DNA of 64,000 nucleotides from Bigelowiella natans CCMP2755 (Eukaryota > Protista > Cercozoa): the NCBI GenBank assembly GCA_000320545.1, contig ADNK01001913.1, positions 1 to 64,000 on the forward strand, read 5' to 3'. This document shows, in pieces, positions 12,265-24,279 of the stretch. The notes below the pieces were generated by a model. It was not told where the DNA came from and did not search any database. It saw only the letters and a list, made by a program, of their open reading frames with translations. The position numbers and the translations under genes are program-made. How positions within the stretch are numbered: the first letter of the stretch is position 1; each line of letters starts with the position of its first letter.

Positions 12265-14267
12265 TAGCTCCAGCTCTTAGCCTTGAAATCGTAGCACTCC
12301 ACGGTGTTCAAAGAGGAGCTCCCGTCATAACCCCCGACCGCGTAGAGCTTGTCGCCGTGCACGCAGGCCGCCACAGCATCTCGCTTGCTCTGCATCGGCG
12401 CGATGTAGCTCCAGCTCTTGGCCTTGAAATCGTAGCACTCCACGGTGTTCAATTTTGAGCTCCCGTCATAACCCCCGACCGCGTAGAGCTTGTCGCCGTG
12501 CACGCAGGCCGCAACACCATATCGCTTGCTCTGCATCGGCGCGATGTAGCTCCAGCTCTTGGCCTTGAAATCGTAGCACTCCACGGTGTTCAATTTTGAG
12601 CTCCTGTCAGTACCCCCGACCGCGTAGAGCTTGTCGCCGTGCACGCATGCCGCCACACCACCTCGCTTGCTCTGCATCGGCGCGATGTAGCTCCAGCTCT
12701 TGGCCTTGAAATCGTAGCACTCCCCGGTGTTCAAATCGGAGCTCCCGTCATAACCCCCGACCGCGTAGAGCTTGTCGCCGTGCACGCAGGCCGCAGCACC
12801 ACCTCGCTTGCTCTGCATCGGCGCGATGTAGCTCCAGCTCTTGGCCTTGAAATCGTAGCACTCCACGGTGTTCAAATAGGAGCTCCCGTCATGACCCCCG
12901 ACCGCGTAGAGCTTGTCGCCGTGCACGCAGGCCGCCACAGCACCTCGCTCGCTCTGCATCGCCGCGATCGAAACGGACCACGATTGGGATTTCAGGAACT
13001 CTACATGCTCCCTCTCCAGTCGTTCCTGTCTCCTCGTAGCTGACTCCAGAGTGAACCGATCCTCAATCGTGGGACGTGTACGTGTCATGCGCACTGTGGC
13101 GAGGCTACTCCTTCTCAGCAACGGTGTACACACCTCCGAGAACTCAAGTGCAAGAACAGGCGGCCTCACCAAGCATGGCTGGACCTTTTCCAGTGCGCTC
13201 TGAGTGATCCTGACGATGTCGGCAGTTCTCTTCTTCCTGTCGGACCAGCTTGTCGCACTTCGTATCGTCATTTGTAGCTGGTGCTCCTTCTCTTTGAACT
13301 CCTCTGTGTTTTGTTGAACCGTCTTCAGGGCGTCATCTAGGGCCGAGTGCATACTCTTGGTCTCAGTGGTTACGAGCTCAGACAGACGGAGCTCTTCGCT
13401 GTCGATGTGCTCTCTCATGAGCTTGAACTCGCTCTGGAGCCTCTGCAGTTCTGATGCCTCCTGCTCGGAGAGTTTTCTCTTTGCCTCTTGGATCTTAGCT
13501 TCGCATGTTTGCAACAGCTCTGAATGGCTCCCACACAAGTCCAGGCGTTCGACATCTTCGGGAACCAGCGGCACAGATGCCGGTGCGGATGCAGCGACCG
13601 CATCCGCAGGGCTGTCTTCGATTCCGGCGGCCTGCTTCACCTTCTTCAATATTTTGCGGGCGTGCATCGGCCTGATCCCATATTCAGTGAGGTCCTCAAG
13701 TTTGGCATCGAGTACCGTCGATCCATCGATGCCCTCCCGCACGCACAGCTCCGCATATCCCTGCCAAACCGCACCGCCGCCTAATCCACTGACAAACGAA
13801 GCCATCTCCTCTTCGGTCCAATCATTGGGATGCCGCATCTCCTCATTCCTATCCTTGCTCTCCTCCTCTTCCTTTCCTTCTTCAGCAATCACGCCTGCCT
13901 GCTGCGGCTGCTGTTGCTGCTGCTGCTGCTGCTTCTGAGCCTTGGCTTGGTGATCACGGGCATAGATCTTGCATGCAGTCTCGAAATCGGACTTTTCCAT
14001 CTTCTTCCTCCGCATCTCCGGATAGCGTTGCACCCATTCTTGGATCTTGCTCCTCAAGTTGTGATTGGGGATGAGAAGCTGTAAGTTTTGAACCGTTCTC
14101 TGAGTCAGAGGGTCGGTCCTGTGCCCCAGCGCATACCACTCCATGATGCTCTCAAATTCGTATGTGTGGCCTATCTCGTTGACGGTCGGGTTTTTCATCA
14201 ATTCATGCGAGATAGGACATCTGAAGTCAGACAGGACGTCCTTGAACTCCCCATCTTTCGATTCCAT
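12132..14267 (-). CDS. Intronless U-box + SAM + coiled-coil + 6x Kelch protein (probable E3 ubiquitin ligase)
   Basis: 711-aa ORF. U-box FRCPISHELMKNP...GHTYE...IMEW...DPLT...LIPNHNLRSKIQEW; SAM WTEEEMASFV...YAELCVREGIDG...LTEYGIRPMHARKIL; Kelch repeats R....ACVHGDKLYAVGG.DG...LNTVECYD....W. Confidence 0.95.
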   Translation of the reverse strand: MESKDGEFKDVLSDFRCPISHELMKNPTVNEIGHTYEFESIMEWYALGHRTDPLTQRTVQNLQLLIPNHNLRSKIQEWVQRYPEMRRKKMEKSDFETACKIYARDHQAKAQKQQQQQQQQPQQAGVIAEEGKEEEESKDRNEEMRHPNDWTEEEMASFVSGLGGGAVWQGYAELCVREGIDGSTVLDAKLEDLTEYGIRPMHARKILKKVKQAAGIEDSPADAVAASAPASVPLVPEDVERLDLCGSHSELLQTCEAKIQEAKRKLSEQEASELQRLQSEFKLMREHIDSEELRLSELVTTETKSMHSALDDALKTVQQNTEEFKEKEHQLQMTIRSATSWSDRKKRTADIVRITQSALEKVQPCLVRPPVLALEFSEVCTPLLRRSSLATVRMTRTRPTIEDRFTLESATRRQERLEREHVEFLKSQSWSVSIAAMQSERGAVAACVHGDKLYAVGGHDGSSYLNTVECYDFKAKSWSYIAPMQSKRGGAAACVHGDKLYAVGGYDGSSDLNTGECYDFKAKSWSYIAPMQSKRGGVAACVHGDKLYAVGGTDRSSKLNTVECYDFKAKSWSYIAPMQSKRYGVAACVHGDKLYAVGGYDGSSKLNTVECYDFKAKSWSYIAPMQSKRDAVAACVHGDKLYAVGGYDGSSSLNTVECYDFKAKSWSYIAPIQSKRHFLAACVHGDKLHVVGGCDGKSRMNTVESLLLRAI
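12150..12990 (-). repeat. Six near-identical 141-bp (47-codon) coding tandem repeats encoding Kelch blades
   Basis: CACGGTGTTCA recurs at 12159, 12300, 12441, 12582 and 12864, with a variant at ~12723; the framework is nearly nucleotide-identical. Confidence 0.95.
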
Positions 14268-14656
14268 CGTGTGTGTGCGCGTCGTCTCTGGGAGGGGAGG
14301 GGCCGTATGAAATCTGATGTTCTTAACGTTCAGTCATTGTTTGTATCGCTTCATCATCATACGTATTTCCCAGATGATTTTCCATCAGTAATTTGCCAAT
14401 CTATTAGGACGCGTCGGTAAGAATCCAGCTGGAACAATTCGTTCGATGAATGGTCGCTGTTTATAGATATTTCGGGCTGAAATAATTTTCTAATTTCCTT
14501 CCAAGTATTGACGCGGCTTTTCGGGTATTTCCTGTGGCAGCTGCTTCCTTAATGCAGACGCACTCGCCCCTCCCCGGCTCAGGACTTCTTGAGTCCGTCT
14601 AGGTTCCCCTTTCCGCTTTCATCTGGCTTGGCTCGGAGCTTTCTGTTGTTGTAACG

Positions 14657-15692
14657 ATGGAGCGAAGAATTTCTGGCCTCAGTGCGTTTAGACTAATGAT
14701 ATTTGATTAAGGATTCTGTGCATTTCCGGAGGTTCGCTCTTACTCTCCTCCCCCTCCCATTCCAGTGAATATGGACATGTACAAGGAAATTCTGGATATG
14801 CTGTTGATAATGCTTACGCACACAAGTGGCCACATTCTTCTGGATACGACGGTACTCACCCCCTGTCTCCGACCGATAATAAAATTGCCTGATTTTTTGT
14901 CCTTCGCCCCCTCACCTCATAGAACATGGACAAGGAGGTGGATAGGCTTCATAACTTAGGCAAGGTACAGAAACAGCATGAATAGAAGGAGGGGGGGAGT
15001 GATGGGATGCAGTGATGCAGGGCAGCACATGATGCAGTCTAGACACACACGATAACATCCCAGCCATATGCGGCAGTGCGGCGCCTTTTCCACTGTATGC
15101 ACACCGTCTCCGAATGCAGTTTTCTGTTTGGTTAAGCGCTCTATTCCCACCCTTGCTTGCGGTATTCAGGCGGTAGAGAGGCTGTTTGACATGAGCTTTT
15201 GCGTGATCGAATGCACGCCCAGCACCACTCCGCAGGTCGGAGTGCGAGGATGATAAATAAATAATGGGAGAGAGAAGATAAGCCTTCACTCACGCGCGGG
15301 AGAATCAGGAAGAAGGCTGGGCGTCAACCTGTTTTTTTTTTTTACGTCCCCTGCCCCCATGACTGATAAGAGAACTGCACGATATTAACAAATCACTTTC
15401 CATAAACAGGATGTCGTAATCGCTGCGGTGCGGCAGGGGACAACGGGAGGAGGAGATGAAAAAAAGAGCGGCAGCAACAAACAGCAGCACCAGCTGCCAT
15501 CATCCTCTGCCCTCCCTCCAAACAACTCACCACCCACAAATCAAGCAACCACGGGCTTGGAGAAGGAGGTCTCTCAATTTATCATAGGGCAAAAGAACCC
15601 AACCCCCTCAGCTTCTGCTATGCGCGCTAATAATGTACACGAGGAGGGGGGGGAGGGTATTCAACGAGGCTGGAGACCGGCCTTTACTTCCA

Positions 15693-15734
<42 letters not shown>

Positions 15735-17345
15735 TCAAAACACATATCAAAGGCAAATTCTCGCTCGATTTCCACAATCAGCCCTTCATTCACATTAAGG
15801 TGGGTTTTCCTTTCGAATGCGGGGAGGGGGCCAAAACGCCGACGTAGATTGTATTATGATTCTTGGACAACTTCATGCGCGGAACAATACGATTTCCGGC
15901 AACGGAGCGACATAGAAGGAGAAGAAGAAGAAGAAGAAGAAGAAGAAGAAGAATAAGACGACGCATCGTCGTTGCTGATGCTCGAAGCTCTAATTCTCCC
16001 GCGTGTTGAGCTTTCAATAGCTTCATGAGAGCGAGAAGAGAGATTAGAGGAGAGGACGAGGCTCATTCATACCACCCGCGCGCGCTCGCTTGTTTGTTTG
16101 TGCATCTGTGATTGATCCTAAACCTTCATCGAAGGAAATTCGCGAATCTTGCCTGTAACTAACCCCCCCCCTAACCCCCCCCCCCAAAAGAGAAATGTAT
16201 TTTGATCGCCCTTCGTTGCGATTCTAATCGAAGGAAAGACGGATATGATGAAACAAATTCTCTTTGTAAACATCAGGCTGGAGACCCAAGGCATCCTTTG
16301 CAACAGCAGTCTCAGGTCAGTTGTTGCCCCCATCAAAGAGCGGTCAGGGGAAAATCAGTACTCGTGAAAACGGGGGGGGGGCGTTGGGGAGGGGGGGAGT
16401 GTTAGTGGGTTATTTGTCGCTACTGCGAAAATCTGTTGTAGCCCTTGGTGTGTTTGGGGCCGATTCTAGATCGAATGCGCTCGCTCTAGCTGACTTCTTT
16501 CTTTCCCGATAACATCGTTTTCGCTTCACACCTCGCCCGCTGCGTTTTTAGAGGCTGAGTTGTTCATAGGAGCAGCGCTCCCTCGCAGCTTTTACTTGCT
16601 CTTCACCGCGTCTCTCTTGCACAGGCAACGCCGCCTTCACGCCATTCGTACGCTCCACACACAACGCCGAACAAGCATAAAGGTGATGCTGCTTGAAACG
16701 TAGAAGCGCTGTCCTCTCAGCGCCGATGTTACTACCCTCTGCAGATTCTTAAAAATGAATAAATACATAAATATTAGTCTTCAGTGATATCAATCCATGC
16801 AAAGCATGTTCATTCCGCAATCCGGCCTTACCCTCCCCCCCCCCCCCCCTCCCCCCCCCCCGCCCTCTCGGCGAACCAGATATTCATACGAGCGCTTCCA
16901 TTGAGGAGGAGGGGGATATCAGTGTCTCTACGCCTGCGCCCCACGTTTCCTCCGGTGATAGTCTCTCCGCCACGCGCAATGTGAATATTCCTCACCGCAA
17001 GAGCTTTGCCACGTCCTCGGAGTACCTTCGCCCCCCACACGCAGTGCGAAGATCCTCTGCAGGGCCCGACCTGAAACACCATCTTCACGCCGCCCCCGCT
17101 ATCGGGGCAAGCAGCAGCTTTGGGAACCGAGCGATGGCGGAGAGTAGGGTGAGGAGGAAGGCGAGGAAGGCCGTGTCCCAATCCGCAGCACCCATTGGCG
17201 CTCGTAGCCATGCCGAGACTGCCGTCATCGTTCGCGAGAGCAAACAAGGCGTCATCGCCCCGAGCAATAGGCCACAGCAGTCCTCTTCTATCGATAGCAC
17301 AGCGACGACTACTCGAACGAATGCAAATGAGGAAAAGGGCATTAA

Positions 17346-17384
<39 letters not shown>

Positions 17385-17993
17385 TGGAGAAGGAGGAGGA
17401 GGGGGAGGGGATATGGCAGACTACACTCTCGGAGCAACATCGGTGTCAGTAGGGAATAAGAACAAGGCCGTGATGAGAACCCTGCCGCACCTCCATCCGC
17501 ACCTCCATCCGCACCTTCGCCTTCCTTCTAAAGGTCTTGAACAGCCTCAAGGAGAGGGAGGGAGGAGGAGGGAGGGGATACTCAGGATCTTAAACAGCTT
17601 CTGACAATATTTAGCTTTTGATTCACTATGTATGTGTGTGTGTGTGTGTGTGTATGTGTGTGTGTGTGCGCGTGCGAATGTGTGCGTGTGTATGTGTGCT
17701 CTTTCATCATTTAGAGGCAGTCTGCACTCGCCACCATGTCTAATCTTTCTCATTTCTTCGTCAATCTCTCTCTTCGCTCTCTCCTCCCTCGCGTGCTTCT
17801 TCCTGGATCATCGGTTACGAATCGCTCACGCTCCCTGGCGTATGGCCAACGCAACAAGGAATGGATCGGAAAGGCGATGGTAGAGGAGGTTGACACAGCT
17901 CACTTTCCGCTTTTGTTTGAATGCGTATATGCTTTTGTTACACACGCATACACACACACACACACACATACCTACACACAGACATCCATATAA

Positions 17994-18024
<31 letters not shown>

Positions 18025-18442
18025 CTAGACGTATATAATATTTTCCGGAATCATCGGTGTGTTTAACGCGTATTTTGGCCGCAGCATTTTACTTGCAAAA
18101 AAACGCAAAGAAACTATCATACTAACGCCTGATACTGAGCCGTCGTTGTTGCTCTGTTACGCCTACAGAGTCTTTGCAAGCCGCCCCCCCTCGAAAGTTA
18201 AAGTCGGCCCCAAGTACGCAAAGAGCGCAACGAGCGCCGTTAGGGGGGGGCAGTCGATTCTTCAATAAAACGAAGCAAACGCTGTTAGACAGGGACAAAG
18301 AGAGTTTCTTTCAATATCGGTACCACCTGCTTTTAAAACCTGGAAATGTCTTTGAGAGTATATTCCCACCAGTGTCAATGATTCTTTGTATTCGCTGTGA
18401 AGATTTCTCGCATGCTATTAATATGGAAGTTGTAATTCAGAG

Positions 18443-18513
<71 letters not shown>

Positions 18514-20347
18514 TGTATGATGATATATTTGACCTCGTAAACCATAAACTGTAGCCGTTTAGAGATCTTATAGGCATGCAGTATCATCGCTTCACTTTCC
18601 CCACTTCCCTTTCGGCGTGCACGAATCTGTGCGTTCGGAGCGTTTGTGAATAATGAACGGCGTTTATATGATGATGACGATGATGATTATCAGCAAAAGT
18701 GTCCATGTTGATGACGCTCAGTTGTCGCTCCAGCCCGTCCGGTAATCCACGAATCCTCACTTCTAATAGCAATTACAACACAAGTTCGTCGATGACCGTT
18801 GCAAGTAACCGTTATTCACCCGAGCGTATGCGTCCGCATTTAGGGCAAGTTTCGCGACGATATGGCTCGTTCGGTACCATCCACTGTGTGTGCATATATC
18901 TCTGTATGCGCGCGCGCGCGCGCTCGTGGCAGTTGCCAAGGAACCCTAAAGACTTCGGATTTGTGCGTTGAACCAGGAATCTGCATCTAGCCCCAGCGGA
19001 GACACAGCTCTACCTGCTGCAGGCCATGGCGAGGCGAATTGTACCTATCCCCCCCCCTCCATTTCGAGATCTCTACTGTTGACCGACTCGGTGCACGCGT
19101 CGTCTTGGAGGGAACGGCTAGTAGGCCATTCCCGCGTGGCGCGAGCGCATTCTCTCTTTTTACGCACGAAACAGCTGCTGCTTCTCATAGTGGTTATTTT
19201 GTGTGGAGTTTCCGCGCATGGCAAGGAGGGCCAATGGATATTTGCATATATCTACATTTGTGTTTTATGTACGTGCATTACTTGTCGCAGCGCAGCGGTA
19301 CTTATGTGTGTGGGGCTGATGGCAATTGTTATCAGATACACGTTGACTCGAGAGCTAGACAGCTTCCAGAATACCATAGGGTAGCCCACTGATTGCGGGC
19401 AGTCGGTTGCATGTTGTGTGGAGATGTGTAGCTTACTTGCCATCTTTGTTTATCAGGTTATCGCTACTCGAAAGCACGGTCGTTTCTTTTGACACTTCCA
19501 TTCCACTCTCACACTCACACACACAATGCATCGTTTGTCAACGAATTCTTGTTATTGATTGCTTAGGCAGCGTAGCATTTACTCGACGAGGCCAAGGTCG
19601 TTGCAGTATTAGCTGGAAATAACAGTTGTTGTTGTTCTTGCAAAATGTCGACGTTCTCACGAAGTCATTATCCGCATACCGGATTAGGCGGGATCCACCT
19701 CTCCCTCCTTAACAACTTCCTACTCGAAATGCCTGGAGATGTAATCTTCCATGACCTTTCGCTCCTTCTGCACGAGATCGATCTCGTCAACAAGCATCAT
19801 CACCATCGTTTTCATCACCACCGCTCGAAAAAGGCTGCACTGGTATGGAAACTACCCCTTCGTTTATCGATCGTAAAGCACCATCTCCTCTCCCCGGTGT
19901 TATCATAAATACTCCGCTTTTAAGCTCGAATGGAGCTGCCGAAAGCGTGATGTGTCTACTTAAGATCCGTCGTTTGTCTTCCCTCCCTTTCCCCCCCCCC
20001 CTCCCCGCGCTGTCACAAACCTAATCCCCTCATCTCCGTTATACTGGGAAGGTGGAATGGCACACCGTGGAAGAGCTTCGAGGGTTTCACAAAAATGTCA
20101 AGATCAACCTTGAGCTGCAGGGGTGCGTTCTTTCCTTCTTATGTACGTTTCCTTCGTTGCTCACTGGAAGTCTGTAGGTTCCTGAGGGATATCGTCGCAG
20201 CCTTACGACACGATTCGAGGGTAGTGTTCAACATGCATTCCCTGAAGAACTGCCTGCACCTTCACGTTTTCTCGATATACCGTTAGGTTCTCATGGGACC
20301 GACTCCCCAAGCTCGCCGTCAATTTGCGGTAGTAATAGCAGCAGTGA

Positions 20348-20379
<32 letters not shown>

Positions 20380-20818
20380 ATTAGCAGTGTTGGTAGGAGA
20401 GTTGAGGATGTATAGTAGGGATTCTAAACAGTGTACGTGCTTGCAATTCGCATGAAATCTTGGCTTAGGATGTGCTGAAGCTTCGTTCGTTGTTGAGCGC
20501 TGCGGGTTTTGTGAGACCGCGGGACTTCGCAAGTGTAGCCTCCCAGACGCTCTCCCACAGTACGGAACACCCCTGGCTCAATTTGAATTTTTTTCTGGGT
20601 TTCCTTCGGCTAGTATATAGTAGAGAGTGAGGAGAAGTACTTGCGTTTTTCGTGTGTGACAAAGTGCTTATCGACGTTGTGTGTGGAAAATATTAGTAGC
20701 GCATGTAGGTGTAAGTTAGTTGTGCACATATGCAGGGATTAGACCGCGATCAGAGCTCGTCAACGTTAACGAGCTTGTCATCACTCTCGCCAATAAAACG
20801 TTGCTGCCTCCGAAATGA
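14657..20818 (+). CDS. Multi-exon uncharacterised protein with low-complexity segments and a probable transmembrane region
   Basis: ATG at 14657 (MERRISGL) and a series of AG/GT-bounded exons, most joining in phase. PolyQ/polyA tracts, hydrophobic LLLLIVVILCGVSAAVLMCVGLMAIVI at ~19170-19340, final exon ...ITLANKTLLPPK* ending 20818. No recognisable domain. Confidence 0.6.
16027..16153 (+). repeat. 127-bp dispersed repeat, inverted copy of 25648-25774
   Basis: Reverse complement of 25648-25774 matches with 4 mismatches, all transitions. Confidence 0.9.
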
Positions 20819-21239
20819 TGAGTATGGATGAGAGGGGGGGGGGCGCTTTAGGGGCGCTTTAGGGGCGATAGGAGTGCTAGAATAGGACAGTTGTAGAGCG
20901 GAAGTAGAAGGTAAACTTGCAACTTAATGGAGTGTTGTAACATAATATCCTCATAAATTGTAACTGATTGCACAAGAAGCCTGTTGTCGTACACATGTTG
21001 CCAACGCGAAGTAACTAGTGTCCTATGTGGGTTGCATGTGACGTTGCTGTGATTCGTTGATGGTGGGAAAGGCATCATCTGCTACAGTATGTGTCCACAA
21101 AGTAAGCATCGCATCGCGCGTGTTTTGTCAACTGCACACACAGCTCATCGTTAGGGTGAGCTGCCATGATAGCATGAATGACACAACAATCTAAGCAATA
21201 CTAGGATGGTGCACGTCTAGAAGAAGTAGTTACTAATTA

Positions 21240-21870
21240 TCCATTGTGGTGTGTCATCCCGCACAAGGCTGCAACGGCCTCTGGACTTGTGCGCGTGCAT
21301 GCTGTGGATCCATCCAGCCATTCTAGCATTGCTAAATGATGTTGCGATCGAGGGTCTGCACGCGCATTGACTGTCTAGCTCTAGTAGCTGTGTGCATGTT
21401 CCTGCCTAGCTATGTGTGCACGTATGTGGCGCTGAAATGACGAACGAGCTGCACATTCTGGCATGCTAGCATGCGTGCAGCGTGATGGGCGCGTGTGAAG
21501 TTGCATCGCGCGAGTGAGTCCAGAAGTGCCTGCTGGCCTGGCTAGCTAGACGTCCAGACGTGCACACCTCGATCGACGCTCGAGTCACGAAGTTCCGTGC
21601 TAGGTAGCGTGCGATTCTCTCACCTCACTTTGTGAAAGAGCGACGCAGCTCGAAGCTCCTCATCCGGGCACCAGAAGCAGTTCCTCCTTCGTGAGTTGTG
21701 CGCGCGATGAAACAATGAAACAATGAAACAATGAAACAATAAAACAATGAAACAATGATGAAGAACTACATTTCCAAATTGTTGCAAGACACTTGCAGTG
21801 TGCAAAATGCAGTGCCTCGAACTGGTTTCAGTGAGGACTGTGACTAGCAAATCAACTAGCTGGTTTGATG
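21240..21870. other. TpA-depleted, CTAG-enriched zone downstream of a gene 3' end
   Basis: Hand count 17 TpA in 630 bp: 10 in CTAG and 5 more in CTA or TAG half-sites. Confidence 0.8.
21707..21754 (+). repeat. 8-bp tandem repeat (ATGAAACA)x6
   Basis: Five ATGAAACA units and one ATAAAACA unit. Confidence 0.9.
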
Positions 21871-22193
21871 AAGAGATCCATTGCTTCGATGTTGAGGCGG
21901 GATGATGAAAATGTGCGACAAGGAATTATTTCGGATTTTATCAAAAAATTTCCCGAAAGAAGCTTAGGACGACAAGAGACATTCCCAGCGGATCAGCGGA
22001 TGTTTTTCCTCCGTGTTATTTCGGTGCGTCAGACAGAATTTGTTGTCGGCCAAGCTAGTCGGCCTGTGGCACAGCCGAATCTCCCTCAAAAGGGTTTATT
22101 GCAGTTACGTCTTGAATTACCGCTTGTCGCAGGGGGAAAACGATGTCTATTTTCTCCGATAATGAGACCCACACGTGAGCACACTGACCGAAA

Positions 22194-23312
22194 ATGTTCC
22201 GTCGTTCTCTCAGTAGGCTACTCTTCTCCCCCCGGCGCGGATGTTTACGTTTACCCTCTCTCGTTCAACAGAGAATGGGGATTAGCTCAGAAGCATATGC
22301 GACGCAAGTGCCAAAGATGTTTGCGAGGCTGCGGGAAGGACTGGAACCGATGAAGACATCCAATGATGGCTTCGCCATCGATATCGACGTACACCAAACG
22401 ACGCTCGAATCTCGCGCTATCTTATAGCTAGGCACAGTTTTGCGAATAATATCGATCATACTTCGTGGTTTTATATATTTTACATGTTTGACGGTTAGAA
22501 AGCGCGTCAGCATCTAACACGGTGTGTGGCGTTTTGGTTAATTCCTCGTAGGGAGAAGAGAGCATGAGTGTCACCATAGGGTCACCAGGTGCATATCAAT
22601 TCACGAGCGATGCGAAGAAAAAGGTAGTTTTTGGGCATCTTGATATGATTACATTGTGTATAAATTATTACGCGCATGCGCGCGCGTGCGCACACACACA
22701 CACACACACACACTCACACAACAAGCACACACATATTTTCACTGCCGTTTGTCAGTATTTTTTAACAAACAATAAAAATATTTCCCTTTTCACGTTTACT
22801 TGTTTATGTGTGTGCGCCCATTTGTATTTGCATACGCACCTGCGGCGTGTGTGTGTGTGTGTGCGTGTGTGTGTGGTTTTTCTCATACTGATATACACAT
22901 CCTGTTCCAATAGCGACACTTACACCAGCATCTTTATTTTTTCAGGAGCTACAAATGTTCTCACCAATAAGTGCAAACGTGTATTACTACAACTACGACG
23001 AATCTAAGCAGGAGTAATATGAATGGTGGTGTGCGTCGCTATTTATCAATCAATTCGTTTCAGCCCTATTTGCAATCCGATCTGTGGATTTATTTTGTAT
23101 TGTCTACCACAAGTGCAAGGATTCGTGCATATCAATTGCAATCTTTTTTGCAGAGTTTTGTGTGTTCAACAAGTTCGAATTCTAAAAGTTGTATTCTGTA
23201 TGTGTATGCGTACACATTGGTTAGGTGGGTGAATGTGAACGACGGGCATTATTTGGTTGAGTTGCTTACGCGAGAGCTGCTTACTTCATGTTCTGGCCTC
23301 CCTGAATTTTAG
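22194..23312 (+). CDS. Divergent frataxin/CyaY-like protein with mitochondrial-type transit peptide (4 exons)
   Basis: MFRRSLSRLLFSPRR leader. Spliced product ...GFAIDID/GEESMSVTIGSPGAYQFTSDAKKK/ELQMFSPISANVYYYNYDESKQE/WVNVNDGHYLVELLTRELL... follows the frataxin pattern (G.Y...SP.SG...YD....W....DG..L.ELL..EL). Confidence 0.75.
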
Positions 23313-24279
23313 AGTCACAGCACGGAGCTTACTGGCGGATGCGATTTTAACTTACATAACACTTCATCATTTCATTATGATGTTGCGTACACTGGCCTTA
23401 GCGAGTCTCGGGAAGCATAGCATTTGTCAACCGAATGTGCCTCAACTGCATGTGAGCCAATTACACGCAACAGCGTGAGGAACAACTTAGAAACGCTGCT
23501 CACATGCAGTGCATAATGATATCCAATTGCATTCATAAGTTCATCACACATCTATGACTAGATGTAGACTAAATGTTGGCACAATAACGGCCACGTGCAT
23601 CGCGTGCACAACTCTAGTGTATGTGCTCTTGTGTAAACGCGTGCATTTGAAGGGTAAGCATGATTTCACCGTCATTTTATTTACTACTGATACATGTCTA
23701 GACGTATGTCGTAATGCTTTAGTAGACTACGAACACTAGCTAGGTGCGGGTAGATGAATGTTACGAGGATCATAACATCTGCATTGGTGCACGCAACACT
23801 AGGCGACTGAATGAATGATCAGTGCAGCATGTTCTAAATGCCATGCTTTGCTTGTAAGTCTTCAAATACAACTTGCTTGAACTTAACAACAATTAGAATA
23901 CGAACATAGGGTGCCAACGCTTTATGTGCGTGCGCTAGTGCAATGCTAATCAGCTTAAATGAAAGCATAGAAGTAGTATATAGTGCGGGTAATCGACTCC
24001 TCCACAACGTTGTGTCAAGAACATGATACATACCTTAGATCTAAGGTGAGAAATCCTCTCAAATGCATAATTTGACTGGTAAATGAAGCTTTGGTGATTC
24101 ATGTACAATTCATACGATGACTGCTGATAACGCTCATATTTCATTGTCGACTATAAAAGCAAGCGCGCTTGCCTAATTCTATTTGCACTCGGCATCAACC
24201 GATCATGACAGGTTAATAACAAATTCGAATCAAACCCATCCTCATCGGCACCGCCACAGGTTTTAACTTACAAGTAAAT

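Noticed and set aside
12150-12990. Kelch array as a CRISPR array or a DGR target
   Set aside because: In-frame coding repeats without spacers. Variable codons are not adenine-restricted, and no reverse transcriptase, template repeat or cas gene is visible.
16157-16186. Telomere-like TAACCCCC sequence
   Set aside because: Only two irregular units within poly-C runs, which are common in these introns.
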